A stretch of DNA of 49,755 nt, taken from assembly GCA_016176555.1 (NCBI GenBank), contig JACOWY010000002.1:1-49755 (forward strand). Reading direction: 5' to 3'. The DNA is from Candidatus Chisholmbacteria bacterium. GTDB lineage: Bacteria > Patescibacteriota > Microgenomatia > UBA1400 > JACOWY01. The notes beneath the pieces are model-generated. The model was not told where the DNA came from. It saw only the letters and a list, made by a program, of their open reading frames with translations, and did not search any database. Shown piece by piece: positions 16,326 through 26,155 of this stretch; within the stretch, counting starts at the first letter, position 1, and every line of letters starts with the position of its first letter. Position numbers and translations under genes: made by a program.

Positions 16326-17861
16326 CTAAGCTTGACTATCTTGAGGGCGGTATTGGATGGCTTCGGCCAGATGAGTGCGGGTGATACTTTGACTGCCAGC
16401 CAGATCAGCAATGGTGCGGGCGACTTTGAGCATTTTGTAGTAACTTCGGGCGGTGAGGCCTAAGGCGGCGGTAGCTTGAGTGAGAAAGGCGCGATCTGCG
16501 GGCTCTAGAGGGCAAAAGTCGCGCACGTCTTTGGGGGACATTTCGCTGTTGTTGACAATATTGGTTTTTTTGAATCGTTGGCGTTGGAGATCGCGAGCTG
16601 ACTGGACTCTTTTTTGAATTTTGACGGAAGGTTCGCCGGAAAGTTTGGGGTTGGTGAGTTTAGCTAGTTCCACTTCGGGAACGGTGACGTGAATGTCAAT
16701 GCGGTCAATGATGGGGCCGGAAATTTTTTTCTGATAGCGATCAATGGCCGAGGGCAGGCAGGTGCAGGGTTTTTTCTTAGAGCCATAGTAACCGCAGGGG
16801 CAGGGATTGGCAGCGGCGACGAGCATAAAATGAGCGGGGAAGAGCATGGTGCCAGAAGCGCGGGAAATTTGGACGATGCCATCTTCTATGGGTTGCCTTA
16901 AAGATTCGAGGACGTGGCGAGGAAATTCGGGAAATTCGTCGAGAAAGAGGACGCCACGGTGAGCAAGCGATATCTCGCCGGGCTTGGGTTTGGTGCCGCC
17001 GCCAATCAGGCCGATTCTGGAAGTGGTGTGATGGGGGCTGCGGAAGGGGCGCTCGGTAACGATTGATACACCCAGGGGCAAATTACCGCTGACGGAGTAG
17101 ACTTTGGTGACTTCAAGGGCCTCACTTTCTGAAAGCATGGGCAAAATGCCGGGGAGGGCGCGGGCGAGCATGGTTTTGCCGGCGCCGGGGATGCCTTTGA
17201 GAAAAATGTTGTGGGAGCCTGAGGCGGCGATTTCTAAAGCGCGTTTGGCGTGTTCTTGGCCTTTGATTTCGGCCAGGTCAAAACTCACCAGGCTACCCTG
17301 TTTTAAGCTTGAGAAAGCTACGTGTTTTTGGGGAATGATTTTTTTGAGGCCGGTGAGGTGACTGTGGAGATCTTTAATGGTAGAGAGCGGAAATATTTTT
17401 AGGCCACCGACAATGGCGGCTTCTTTTCTGTCAATTTCCGGGATAAAAAGCTGACGGAATTTCCTTTCTTTGGCCATCAGGGCAATGGGCAGAATGCCGT
17501 TGGTATGGCGGAGACTGCCATCGAGCGAAAGTTCGCCCATAACTAGGGTGTGGTTGAGCTTAAGATTTTGGGGCAGTTGGCCAGAGGCAATGAGCAAACC
17601 TAAAGCGATCGGCAGATCGTAGGCCGGGCCTTCTTTGGGTAAATCAGCGGGAGCCAGATTAATAGTGACCCGGCGGGCGGGGAATTCTGCGCCAGAGTTT
17701 TTCAGTGCCGCTCGAACTCGTTCTTTAGCTTCTTCAACGGCTTTATCGGGGAGGCCAACAATAGTGATAGAGGGCAGACCGGTGGGGGCGACGTCGACTT
17801 CAACTTCGATGGGGAGAGATTCTAAACCGAAGGTGCTGCCGGAAAAGATTTTGGCGAGCAT
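16326..17861 (-). CDS. comM: YifB/ComM family Mg-chelatase-like AAA+ ATPase
   Basis: N-terminal Lon-protease-like domain, Walker A GIPGAGKTMLA, Walker B VLFLDEFPEF, and a Cys cluster NPCPCGYYG..CTC. Confidence 0.9.
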   Translation of the reverse strand: MLAKIFSGSTFGLESLPIEVEVDVAPTGLPSITIVGLPDKAVEEAKERVRAALKNSGAEFPARRVTINLAPADLPKEGPAYDLPIALGLLIASGQLPQNLKLNHTLVMGELSLDGSLRHTNGILPIALMAKERKFRQLFIPEIDRKEAAIVGGLKIFPLSTIKDLHSHLTGLKKIIPQKHVAFSSLKQGSLVSFDLAEIKGQEHAKRALEIAASGSHNIFLKGIPGAGKTMLARALPGILPMLSESEALEVTKVYSVSGNLPLGVSIVTERPFRSPHHTTSRIGLIGGGTKPKPGEISLAHRGVLFLDEFPEFPRHVLESLRQPIEDGIVQISRASGTMLFPAHFMLVAAANPCPCGYYGSKKKPCTCLPSAIDRYQKKISGPIIDRIDIHVTVPEVELAKLTNPKLSGEPSVKIQKRVQSARDLQRQRFKKTNIVNNSEMSPKDVRDFCPLEPADRAFLTQATAALGLTARSYYKMLKVARTIADLAGSQSITRTHLAEAIQYRPQDSQA

Positions 17862-17870
17862 GGGATCTTA

Positions 17871-17900
17871 AGTATAACAAAACCCGCTTAAAGCGGGGGA
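17871..17900 (-). terminator. rho-independent terminator
   Basis: On the minus strand, CCCGC-TTTAA-GCGGG is followed by TTTTGTTATAC. It lies 3' of the LytR_C gene. Confidence 0.6.
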
Positions 17901-18075
17901 ATTTCGAAGCACCAAGCACCAAAAACTAAATAAGCACTAAATAACAAGCACTAAATCACAAACATATAAACCGTTTTGAGTTTGGAATTTTGATATTTGA
18001 ATTTGTTTGGAGTTTGAGATTTGGGATTTGGGATTTGGGGTTTTGCGGGGTGAGGGGCTGAACTTTCGCCGGGGG

Positions 18076-19035
18076 TTAGTTGTTCTCGCCGGAACTAGTG
18101 GCTGCTTCGGTATCTTGATCGGTGTCGGGGGTTTCATCTTGTGCCCCTAAAATGTCTTCGTCGCCCGGCTGTGAACCACGGATGACGACGACGGCAAATT
18201 CTGAATCCGCGTCGAGGGTATCGTCGATGTCTATATCTTCATAATCATCTCTAAGATCAGATTCGACAAGCTCGGCAATCTCGTCTTCACCTTCTTTGAC
18301 TTGAATGGTGATGCCGGTGTAGTCGTAGTTTTGGGCATTCCCGGTGTCTATGTCTTCGAAACCGGCCGCCTCCAGGATGGCGGCTAACTTGCCGGCTTCA
18401 CCAGCAATACCTGAGCCGTTGAGGACTTGGACTTTGATATCCTCCCGCTTGAGCTCTTCTTGAGGCTCAGGTGACGGTGAAGCAGAGGAGGTGGCGGGGG
18501 GTTCGATCAGGATGTCGGTAACTGAGGGTTGATTTTGGGGTTCCCTTGAGGAAGCGAAAAAGAACCTCCACGCGCCGACGCCAATGAGGGCGAGGGCGAG
18601 GAGAATAATGACAATCCACCAAGGGAATTTTCGTTGCGGTTCACGGTTGAAACGAAAGTCGTGTGGGGCTGATTGATTTGGATTTGAGTCGGTCATACTC
18701 GCTCCCTCGTGAGTAAAACCTGATGTTTGGTACGGATTGGCCATAGATGGTCGTTGAGGGTTTCCGTCAGAGGCGCCCGCCTGCCGGTCGGGCAGGGACC
18801 AGCCTTTGGCTGGGGTTTCTTCAGCTGGTGCTTCTTGGGGCTCAAGTGGTTCATTCCTTTCTGATTCGCTACTCAGGTTTTCAGCTTCTTCTACTACCTG
18901 AAACTGTGGTCGAGCCGTTTCAGGCTCCAGGGCATCTGATTCTAATGTGTCTTCGGGGGCAGGAGTACTGTGGTCAAGTGAGGCAGGTTCTTTATTGGCA
19001 GCGGGATGTTTTGATTTTGATTTCTTGTCGGGCAT
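18076..19035 (-). CDS. LytR_C domain membrane protein with long disordered N-terminus
   Basis: One TM helix (WWIVIILLALALIGVGAW) and a C-terminal segment KVQVLNGSGIAGEAGKLAAILEAAGF typical of LytR_C. Confidence 0.7.
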   Translation of the reverse strand: MPDKKSKSKHPAANKEPASLDHSTPAPEDTLESDALEPETARPQFQVVEEAENLSSESERNEPLEPQEAPAEETPAKGWSLPDRQAGASDGNPQRPSMANPYQTSGFTHEGASMTDSNPNQSAPHDFRFNREPQRKFPWWIVIILLALALIGVGAWRFFFASSREPQNQPSVTDILIEPPATSSASPSPEPQEELKREDIKVQVLNGSGIAGEAGKLAAILEAAGFEDIDTGNAQNYDYTGITIQVKEGEDEIAELVESDLRDDYEDIDIDDTLDADSEFAVVVIRGSQPGDEDILGAQDETPDTDQDTEAATSSGENN

Positions 19036-19176
19036 GACTGACAGAAGCTTTAAGTAGGTGGCAGTTTAGCAGATTAGGTGCACTCTCTGCAATGGTCTAC
19101 GGTCTCCTCAGGCGACCCGACGTTACTAACTCTCGTTCGTGATGGCAACAGGGATATACTATCATAAACGTATCTA

Positions 19177-20532
19177 TTGAGCATCTCTATGTTGCGGCTG
19201 CCCGGATATTCTCCACAACACGGAAGTATTTTCTTGGAAATTATTATTGCCATCGGGATTTTGGCGGCACTCATTGGAGCCATCGCGAGTTTAGTGGTGG
19301 CTTCTTATGATTTAGTGGGTTACTCGCGGACGCGGATCACGGCTCGGCATTTGGCGACGGAGAAGATGGAGATAATCCGCAACCTGCCTTACAGTGAAGT
19401 GGCGGTGTTGGGGGGAGTGCCAGCGGGGAGCTTGCCACAACTTGAAACTATAGAGCGGAATGGGCTGCCCTATACCATAAGGACGAATGTGGTGTACATT
19501 GACGATCCGTTTGATGGGTTAGCGCCCGCGGATATGCTACCCATTGATTACAAACGGGCGCGGGTGGATGTGAGTTGGACGGGGACTTTTGCCTCTGATG
19601 CGACGATAACGATGATCACCGACATTGCGCCCAAAGGCATTGAATCGGTGGGTGAAGGGGGGACTTTGTCGATTTTGGTTTTCGATGCTTTGGCCCAAGT
19701 TGTGCCTCAGGCGGAGGTACGAATTCAAAACGCGGAGGTGAATCCGGCGATTGACTTAACCGTTTTATCTGACAGTAACGGGCGGGTGATGCTGCCAGGA
19801 TCGCCAGTGTGTTTTGAATGCTATCAGATTACGGTGACAAAGGAGGGTTTTAGTCTCGACCGGACTTACACCACAGCGGAAGTGGCTCATCCGGCGAAGC
19901 CGCCGGCGACGGTTAACGATCAATCCATCACTGAAATTAGTTTTGCCATTGACAGGGTGGCAACGCTGACTGTGTATTCGACTCGGGGTCGGGAAGATGG
20001 CTATGCGTTTTTGTCCAATCAGTTCTTTCAGTTGACGGGGACGAAACAGATTGGGACCGACACACTCGAAGATCCGGTATTCAAGTATGACGTTTTGAAT
20101 AAAACTGACAATGGGGGTTCGGTGACTCTCTCTAACATGGAATGGGATATCTACACTTTGACGATTCCGTCACCAGATTGGGATTTTGCCGGGAGCAACC
20201 CGTTTTCTCCCTTGGCTCTTTTACCCGGAGGTTCACAAATCTGGCAATTCGTGACGGTACCCCACCAAGATTACACCTTGCTTTTTAAAGTCACCGAGGC
20301 GAGTGGCAGTGCCATCCCCGACGCTACTCTTCACCTTTTGGGTCCAGGTAATTATGATGAAGCACTGTTTTCTGGTCCAGCTGCGGCGCCAGATTTTGGC
20401 CAGGCATTTTTTAGTCCGCTCACCGCGGGAACGTATAGCGGAGAAGCGACGAAGAGTGGTTATTTGACGACGTCGTTTGAGGCGACTGCATCAGGAAATG
20501 TGACTAATACTCTGATTCTTAATCCGCTATGA
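19177..20532 (+). CDS. large pilin-like protein (prepilin-type N-terminus)
   Basis: QHG/SIFLEIIIAIGILAALIGAIASLVV resembles a class III signal peptide and hydrophobic helix. The likely start is the ATG at 19189. The C-terminal region is rich in beta-strand repeats. Confidence 0.6.
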   Translation: MSISMLRLPGYSPQHGSIFLEIIIAIGILAALIGAIASLVVASYDLVGYSRTRITARHLATEKMEIIRNLPYSEVAVLGGVPAGSLPQLETIERNGLPYTIRTNVVYIDDPFDGLAPADMLPIDYKRARVDVSWTGTFASDATITMITDIAPKGIESVGEGGTLSILVFDALAQVVPQAEVRIQNAEVNPAIDLTVLSDSNGRVMLPGSPVCFECYQITVTKEGFSLDRTYTTAEVAHPAKPPATVNDQSITEISFAIDRVATLTVYSTRGREDGYAFLSNQFFQLTGTKQIGTDTLEDPVFKYDVLNKTDNGGSVTLSNMEWDIYTLTIPSPDWDFAGSNPFSPLALLPGGSQIWQFVTVPHQDYTLLFKVTEASGSAIPDATLHLLGPGNYDEALFSGPAAAPDFGQAFFSPLTAGTYSGEATKSGYLTTSFEATASGNVTNTLILNPL

Positions 20533-21161
20533 AGGGTCACAGAAAACGGCAGTTTTGGGGTCAATATGGCTTTACCTATTTAGAGCTTTTGGTGGGATTG
20601 GGAATTGTCCTGACCGTCATCGCGTTTCTAGTAGGCATGCAAGTGATGCTGCAACAATCATACCGTTTTTCATTCAATCTTTCGGCAACGACTGATCAGG
20701 CTAATAGTGTGGCTGCCGACATGGTGAGGGCTTTAAGAGGGGCCCTGCCTTCAGAAACCGGAGCTTATCCTTTAGAAGTGCTCGATGATCAGCAAATCGT
20801 TTTTTATAGTGATGTGGATGCGGATGGCCGAACAGAACGAGTGCGATTTTTTTTGGAAGGAGTAGAGCTTAAACGGGGGATCATCGAACCGACTGATTTT
20901 CCGGTTAGCTATCCCACAGAAAACGAGACGGTTAAAGTGTTGAGTGATTATGTGCAAAATGGGGCTCAACCTCTCTTTTATTATTACAATGGGGCCTGGC
21001 CGACCGACGCGGTGAATAACCCGCTTAATGTCGAATCTCGATTGAGTGACACTCGATTTGTGCAACTTTTCATGACTTTGAATGTTGATCCCACGCGACC
21101 AGAATCTAATTTCAACCTCTCTCCTTATGTGCAGCTACGGAATCTTAAGGAGAACCTATGA
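20529..21161 (+). CDS. prepilin-type N-terminal cleavage/methylation domain protein (minor pilin)
   Basis: The G/FTYLELLVGLGIVLTVIAFLV motif. Its start overlaps the upstream gene stop by 4 nt. Confidence 0.75.
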   Translation: MKGHRKRQFWGQYGFTYLELLVGLGIVLTVIAFLVGMQVMLQQSYRFSFNLSATTDQANSVAADMVRALRGALPSETGAYPLEVLDDQQIVFYSDVDADGRTERVRFFLEGVELKRGIIEPTDFPVSYPTENETVKVLSDYVQNGAQPLFYYYNGAWPTDAVNNPLNVESRLSDTRFVQLFMTLNVDPTRPESNFNLSPYVQLRNLKENL

Positions 21162-22567
21162 GACAAAATCCAAATTACAAATTACAAATTACAAATTACC
21201 CTGGGAGCGCGGGGTCGGTGATGGTGGGGTTGGTGTTTATGGTGGCGACGTTTTCAATCGTGGTCTATGCCCTGCTTTTAACCGTGGGTTCGCAGTTGGA
21301 GTTTACTTTTCGCCAGGTGGCTTTGGATCAAGCGCTGAATATTGCCGAAGCGGGAGTAAATTACTACCGCTGGCATTTAGCTCATGCTCCTTCTGATTTT
21401 GTAACTGATACGGGGGTTCATGATTACCGAGATCCTCAGGGCGATCTGATGGGTGCGTTCGATCTTAATATCACCCCTCCCATTGATGGCTCAACTATCG
21501 TCACCATTACCTCGACAGGATGGGCGGCTGATTTTCCCGAGGTCTTAAGAACTATTACGGCTCAATATGGTCAACCTTCTTTGGCGAGTTTTTCTTTTTT
21601 AAGCGACTCCAGCTTATGGTTTGGGAATGGGATTGTTGTCGGGGGACCGGTGCACTCCAACAACGGGATACGGATGGACGGCACTAACCAATCAACGGTG
21701 ACGAGCAGTAAAGAAACGTATACCTGTGGGGTTGAAACTGGTTGCTGGCCTAAGACGCAAATTAAACCAGGAGTGTGGGGTAATGGCGGGCCTCAAGCTT
21801 TGTGGAGTTTTCCGGTGCCGGCCACCGACTTTGATAGCATCAGTGTCGATTTTGCCCAAATGCGGACTGCGGCGCAAACTTCGGGGGTATATCTTGGCCC
21901 TTCAGATGCGGCTGGCTACCATTTAGTTTTTAACAGCGGTGGAACTGTGGCCGTATACCAAGTGACTGCCACTACTTATAAGCGAGGTTACACGTTGGAA
22001 GATGGGTGCCAGAACCTTTATCAAACTATTGTGACTGAAGCGCTGCTTGACACCTATGAACTCGCAGATATTTCCCTGCTTTTTGCTGAGGACATTTTGT
22101 GGGTTGAGGGAGTCGTTAATGGTCAGATTACCGTGGTGGCGGTCCGTTTTCCCATCGGGACGTTTGAAACTAATATTTGGATTCCGGACAACATCACCTA
22201 TTTAGCTAAAGACGGTCAACACAAACTAGGATTGATGGCCCAGAATGACATATATTTTGCCTTGGATGTACCCGATTATTTTGAAATTGATGCAGCCATG
22301 GTAGCTCAAAATGGACGGATTTCTCGGCATCACTATAACCGGCAGGGGTGCAGCCACTATAACCAATCCCAGAGGAATGAAATCACTATTTATGGGACGG
22401 TTATCAGTCGAGAAAAGTCTTACTGGAATTTCGGTAGTGGTCCGGGCCAACCTGCTTCAGGGTTTGTAAAACGGACGATACTGTATGACCAATCATTGAT
22501 TTACACACCCCCACCTTACTTTCCGACTTTGGGTAATTATGAGCTGATTTCATGGCGCGAGGAGTAG
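21158..22567 (+). CDS. pilus-associated large protein with N-terminal hydrophobic helix
   Basis: ATGA overlap with the upstream pilin gene. Hydrophobic helix VMVGLVFMVATFSIVVYALLL. An alternative start is at 21221. Confidence 0.5.
   Translation: MRQNPNYKLQITNYPGSAGSVMVGLVFMVATFSIVVYALLLTVGSQLEFTFRQVALDQALNIAEAGVNYYRWHLAHAPSDFVTDTGVHDYRDPQGDLMGAFDLNITPPIDGSTIVTITSTGWAADFPEVLRTITAQYGQPSLASFSFLSDSSLWFGNGIVVGGPVHSNNGIRMDGTNQSTVTSSKETYTCGVETGCWPKTQIKPGVWGNGGPQALWSFPVPATDFDSISVDFAQMRTAAQTSGVYLGPSDAAGYHLVFNSGGTVAVYQVTATTYKRGYTLEDGCQNLYQTIVTEALLDTYELADISLLFAEDILWVEGVVNGQITVVAVRFPIGTFETNIWIPDNITYLAKDGQHKLGLMAQNDIYFALDVPDYFEIDAAMVAQNGRISRHHYNRQGCSHYNQSQRNEITIYGTVISREKSYWNFGSGPGQPASGFVKRTILYDQSLIYTPPPYFPTLGNYELISWREE
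21171..21198 (+). repeat. heptanucleotide microsatellite (CAAATTA)x4
   Basis: Four perfect tandem 7-mers immediately after the upstream stop codon, lying inside codons 5-14 of ORF 21158. Confidence 0.9.
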
Positions 22568-22568
22568 G

Positions 22569-23273
22569 ATGGAATTATTTGAGCGAGTTCGAGCCTCAAA
22601 GAATATTTTATACATGCTGGCTGGAGCGGTTTTGCTCTTACTTTTATTCGGCGGAGTCTTTCTTTCAGGCAGATCACCGAAGCCGTCTCCATCGCCGACG
22701 AGAGGCACAATTTCAGAAGTAACGATCGATAACGGCTCGACACGCCTGACCGTGAAGCGGAATGGGGTGGTTAGAGTAGCCCATGGCGATAGGGTTTTTT
22801 ATCAATTCTGGGAAGAGGAAAGAGTAGAAGAGCTGTTTAGCAGACTAGAAACTTTGGATTTGAGTAGTTTTGATTCTCAGTTAAAGCCGGGGGAAGTGGG
22901 ATATGTTTTAACCTTGACTACAAGTCAAGGGGTAATCACCATTGCTATACCTCAAGATGCCTTAGATTTACCTGACGTAATACAAGAGTTGATTGAGACA
23001 GTTGATGAGCTGACCGAGCAATTTGATGAAGATGAGGCAGCAGGGGGGGCGGCAGCGTTGTTATCCTCACCCTCTCCTTCGCCTTCGCCTCTAGCGAGCT
23101 TCACACCCACACCCGTGCCTGCGGTTTTACCTTCTGCCGTGCCGTCGCCGACTCCGACACCAACTTCGGGTTCAGGGGGAGGATTACCGACGCAGCAAAT
23201 ATTTGCGTGTGAGTTTGCTGGAGCAACCAGAATCCGGGTACTGTCGGAAACAATTTGTGATTTGCTAGAGTAA
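22569..23273 (+). CDS. hypothetical membrane-anchored protein with Pro/Ser/Thr-rich linker
   Basis: TM helix AGAVLLLLLFGGVFL. It is the last gene of the plus-strand pilin operon. Confidence 0.5.
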   Translation: MELFERVRASKNILYMLAGAVLLLLLFGGVFLSGRSPKPSPSPTRGTISEVTIDNGSTRLTVKRNGVVRVAHGDRVFYQFWEEERVEELFSRLETLDLSSFDSQLKPGEVGYVLTLTTSQGVITIAIPQDALDLPDVIQELIETVDELTEQFDEDEAAGGAAALLSSPSPSPSPLASFTPTPVPAVLPSAVPSPTPTPTSGSGGGLPTQQIFACEFAGATRIRVLSETICDLLE

Positions 23274-23295
23274 TTGTCGTTTGAAAGCTTGAGCA

Positions 23296-23330
23296 CCACA
23301 AACCGGGCCACATGGGCCCGGAATGTTTTT
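23296..23330. terminator. bidirectional terminator between convergent pilin operons
   Basis: CCGGGCC-ACATG-GGCCCGG (23303-23321), flanked by an A-rich segment (CACAAA) on one side and a T-run (AATGTTTTT) on the other. Confidence 0.6.
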
Positions 23331-23346
23331 CGACTAACTTAAATGC

Positions 23347-23793
23347 CTAGCGGGTGACCGTAATGGTGGCAGTTAACTCACCACTAGCAGAGGCGACGAC
23401 CCGGCCATTGGCATCTTCGTAGATAGAGTATTGGGTGTCGGCCGGAGAGCCGGTGTTCGGATCTTCAGGCATAGCGGCAATGTAGGTAGGCACGAGATCA
23501 GCGGAAAGATCAAAACAACCTGCCCCTGTGCCTACACATGTCGCTGTGGTCGGAAAGTTGGCATCATCGGGCAAGTTGCCGTTGTTTTCGGCGGCGAACT
23601 GATAGATGGCGTTGGTGAGAGAGTAGAGATCTGCTCGTCGTTGGGTGTCGCGGGCGCTAGAAAATTGACGACCAGGGTTGACAGCGACCAAGACGATGGC
23701 TGCCAAAATGGTGATGACGCCGATGACGACAAGAAGCTCAATGAGGGTAAACCCTCGAATACCGGCAGGCAAGCTCTTGTACAGTTTTTTCAC
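23347..23793 (-). CDS. pilA: type IV major pilin
   Basis: Leader (V)KKLYKSLPAGIRG, then mature N-terminus FTLIELLVVIGVITILAAIVLVAV. The GTG at 23793 has the strong SD GAGGGGGTGA 5 nt upstream. The track start at 23802 is probably too far upstream. Confidence 0.85.
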   Translation of the reverse strand: MKKLYKSLPAGIRGFTLIELLVVIGVITILAAIVLVAVNPGRQFSSARDTQRRADLYSLTNAIYQFAAENNGNLPDDANFPTTATCVGTGAGCFDLSADLVPTYIAAMPEDPNTGSPADTQYSIYEDANGRVVASASGELTATITVTR

Positions 23794-23898
23794 TCTTCTC
23801 ACCCCCTCTCAACTTTGGATGAATCTGATGTATAAAAACCGGTGATATATTAAGTTAAGCAACTCCTCTAGTGCTTGTCAATGACTCCAGCACTCTGG

Positions 23899-24093
23899 TT
23901 ATGGTTCTTGTGGGGTGATTTTTTCTATGGCTTGGTCGAGGGTGCGAGTGTCTAATCTGGTGGTAAGATTTGAGACTAAGGCTTCATCGACTGTTTGGCT
24001 TTTTTGATATTGAGTCAATGAAAACCAAAGGGTGGCGGCGATGAGAGCGGTTAAAAAGATGAGGGCAATGATTTTGACGAGGCTATTTATCAT
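23899..24093 (-). CDS. small single-TM protein in the pilus operon
   Basis: 64 aa with one TM helix. ATGA coupling to the upstream pilO-like gene. Confidence 0.45.
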   Translation of the reverse strand: MINSLVKIIALIFLTALIAATLWFSLTQYQKSQTVDEALVSNLTTRLDTRTLDQAIEKITPQEP

Positions 24094-24665
24094 TCTCCTC
24101 CTTTGGCAAAATCGGCGGCCACAAACAAGACGCCGGAAATTCTGGCGGTAACCAAACTACTTTCAAGACCGGCAGGGGCCTCTACCTCGAGATGCTCGAA
24201 GCGGATTTGGAAGCTGCCTCGCTTGATTTTTTGCAAGAAATTCATCAGGTTATCATTGGCGCCAGTGATGGCAAGGCTGAGGGGAATAAACCACAACTTA
24301 TCTTTATTGGCGCTCGGGACGTTGCTGGTGAAATTAAGAGTGGCAGTAACTTCCTCAGTTTCGGCAGTAGTGGTGACAGACTCAATGAAATCGGGGATAT
24401 CTGCTTCTTTGGGAAGCGCTTCATTGAGCTGGGTGATCTTTCCGGAATATGTTTGTAGATTTTGCTCTAAACTCTGGCTGTTTTGGCGGTTACGCTTTAA
24501 GGCTTCAAGATGGCTAGTCTCCACTTGACCTTGGGAAGCGGTGTTAGTCAAAAGCAGGCCGGTAACTAAATTAATGCCGATTAGGGCTACGGCGGCTATG
24601 GGGGTGACTAAGGCCCCAAAATGAATTTTGGGAGTTGGGGGAGAGGGTTGAGGCGTTTGGCTCAT
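24090..24665 (-). CDS. pilO: PilO-like pilus biogenesis protein
   Basis: N-terminal TM helix, then a coiled coil, then a C-terminal alpha/beta region. Positioned after pilM-N with a 4-nt overlap. Confidence 0.6.
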   Translation of the reverse strand: MSQTPQPSPPTPKIHFGALVTPIAAVALIGINLVTGLLLTNTASQGQVETSHLEALKRNRQNSQSLEQNLQTYSGKITQLNEALPKEADIPDFIESVTTTAETEEVTATLNFTSNVPSANKDKLWFIPLSLAITGANDNLMNFLQKIKRGSFQIRFEHLEVEAPAGLESSLVTARISGVLFVAADFAKGGE

Positions 24666-26083
24666 GACGGTTTGGCGAGATCAACGGCGATTGAATATGG
24701 GATATCTTGTTGTTTTTCTAAGGTGGGTAAGGGAATGGTGACCACATCAAATACTTCTTTCGTTTCGAGATTGGCTTTAAAAAGGAGTAATGCGTCTCTA
24801 GTTGTGGCCAGGCCCCCGACCAACAAAACCTGCTCGGGTAGATCGAGGGTGTAAGTGACGACGCTCACCCCCTGGGGAATGGCGGCCTCAAGCTCTTTGA
24901 TGACTACGACGAGGAGATCGGGCGAGGGCAGGCGGCTCACCGTCCGCGCTTGAGCGTTGGCGGCTTCGGCGGTTTTGGCCAAACTGGTATAGGAAGCTTG
25001 GGTGGTTGATTGTTCTTCGGCCTCAATTTGTGACTGAAGTCCCCTGAGGTTAATTTTGATGAGAATAAATGTGGTCGCCATGATAATGGCGGTAAGAGTC
25101 AGCGCAGTGAGGGCAAATTTAACGCCGAAAGACAGGCTCTTTTTCTCGGATAGTTTTTCGTACATAGTTTGGACTTCTTCTGGGAGGAGATTGATTGATT
25201 TGGTATCTTTTGGAGGAGTAGTTTCAGCTTGAACGAGAGAAAATGAGACAGCAAAAGCGTGAATTTTCGGGGGGAGGTTTTGGGCTATGGGCAAGGAAAC
25301 GAGAGCTCCCGTTAATTGGGTGTTTTGGCTGACAAACTTAACCCACTCGGGTGTGGCACCTTCGCCGCAGAGAAAAACTGTCTCGGCTCGTTGCTGGTAT
25401 TTTTGGGTATAAAACGAATTGAGGGCGATGATTTTTTTCACTACCTCTTCGGGGTTTTCGACTAGGCTACTTAAGCAAACAGTGCCAACTTCATTGACCA
25501 AGATAATGGTGGATTGTGTTTGGCGGATTTCGGCGACAAAGCATAGCTTCCCGGGGGGGGCGAGCCTAGCCAGAGAGATTGACGTGGGCTCACAAGCCAG
25601 TGGTCTTAAACCGCTTTGGATGACGGCGGAGATAATCGGATTAAGATACGTTTTGGGAGCGGCGACGATGACTATTTCAGAGGTATCTAGATCAGTTGAA
25701 GCAGGCCGGAGTTTTTTCCAATCGAAGACGTAGTCCTTTGGGTCTGCTGGCAGTTTTTCCTCAGCTTGCCAACGGATAGACTCAGCAAAATTACCGTTAT
25801 CAAGCGCGGTGGCTGTGAAGGTGGTGGTAAAGGTTTTATCGTCGGGAAAGCCAATGATAGCTGGCGCTCCTTGAGCTTTGGCTTGGGCAACGGCAACTTT
25901 AAGAGTGGCGACAAGCTTTTGGGGGTCTTTGATGTTCCCAGGTTCGATAACTTTCTCGGGTAAGGGGTGTTGGTAGAGATTTAAAACCCGATTATTTTTT
26001 TTGTCGAACTTAAGAATGGTGATGTCACTGCCAGTGACCCTGACGCTAGTAACGATGTTCTCTGGTGCATCAAAAAGTGCCAT
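24662..26083 (-). CDS. pilM: PilM (actin-like ATPase fold) fused to a PilN-like TM/coiled-coil segment
   Basis: About 300 aa of PilM-like N-terminal domain, followed by the TM helix FALTALTLTAIIMATTFILI and a PilN-like tail. Confidence 0.8.
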   Translation of the reverse strand: MALFDAPENIVTSVRVTGSDITILKFDKKNNRVLNLYQHPLPEKVIEPGNIKDPQKLVATLKVAVAQAKAQGAPAIIGFPDDKTFTTTFTATALDNGNFAESIRWQAEEKLPADPKDYVFDWKKLRPASTDLDTSEIVIVAAPKTYLNPIISAVIQSGLRPLACEPTSISLARLAPPGKLCFVAEIRQTQSTIILVNEVGTVCLSSLVENPEEVVKKIIALNSFYTQKYQQRAETVFLCGEGATPEWVKFVSQNTQLTGALVSLPIAQNLPPKIHAFAVSFSLVQAETTPPKDTKSINLLPEEVQTMYEKLSEKKSLSFGVKFALTALTLTAIIMATTFILIKINLRGLQSQIEAEEQSTTQASYTSLAKTAEAANAQARTVSRLPSPDLLVVVIKELEAAIPQGVSVVTYTLDLPEQVLLVGGLATTRDALLLFKANLETKEVFDVVTIPLPTLEKQQDIPYSIAVDLAKPS

Positions 26084-26155
26084 GGGCAGAAAGTGGCTAC
26101 ATTTAATTTCACCGGTTGACTCGGTGATACATTTAATTGTAGCGCACCGTTTACC

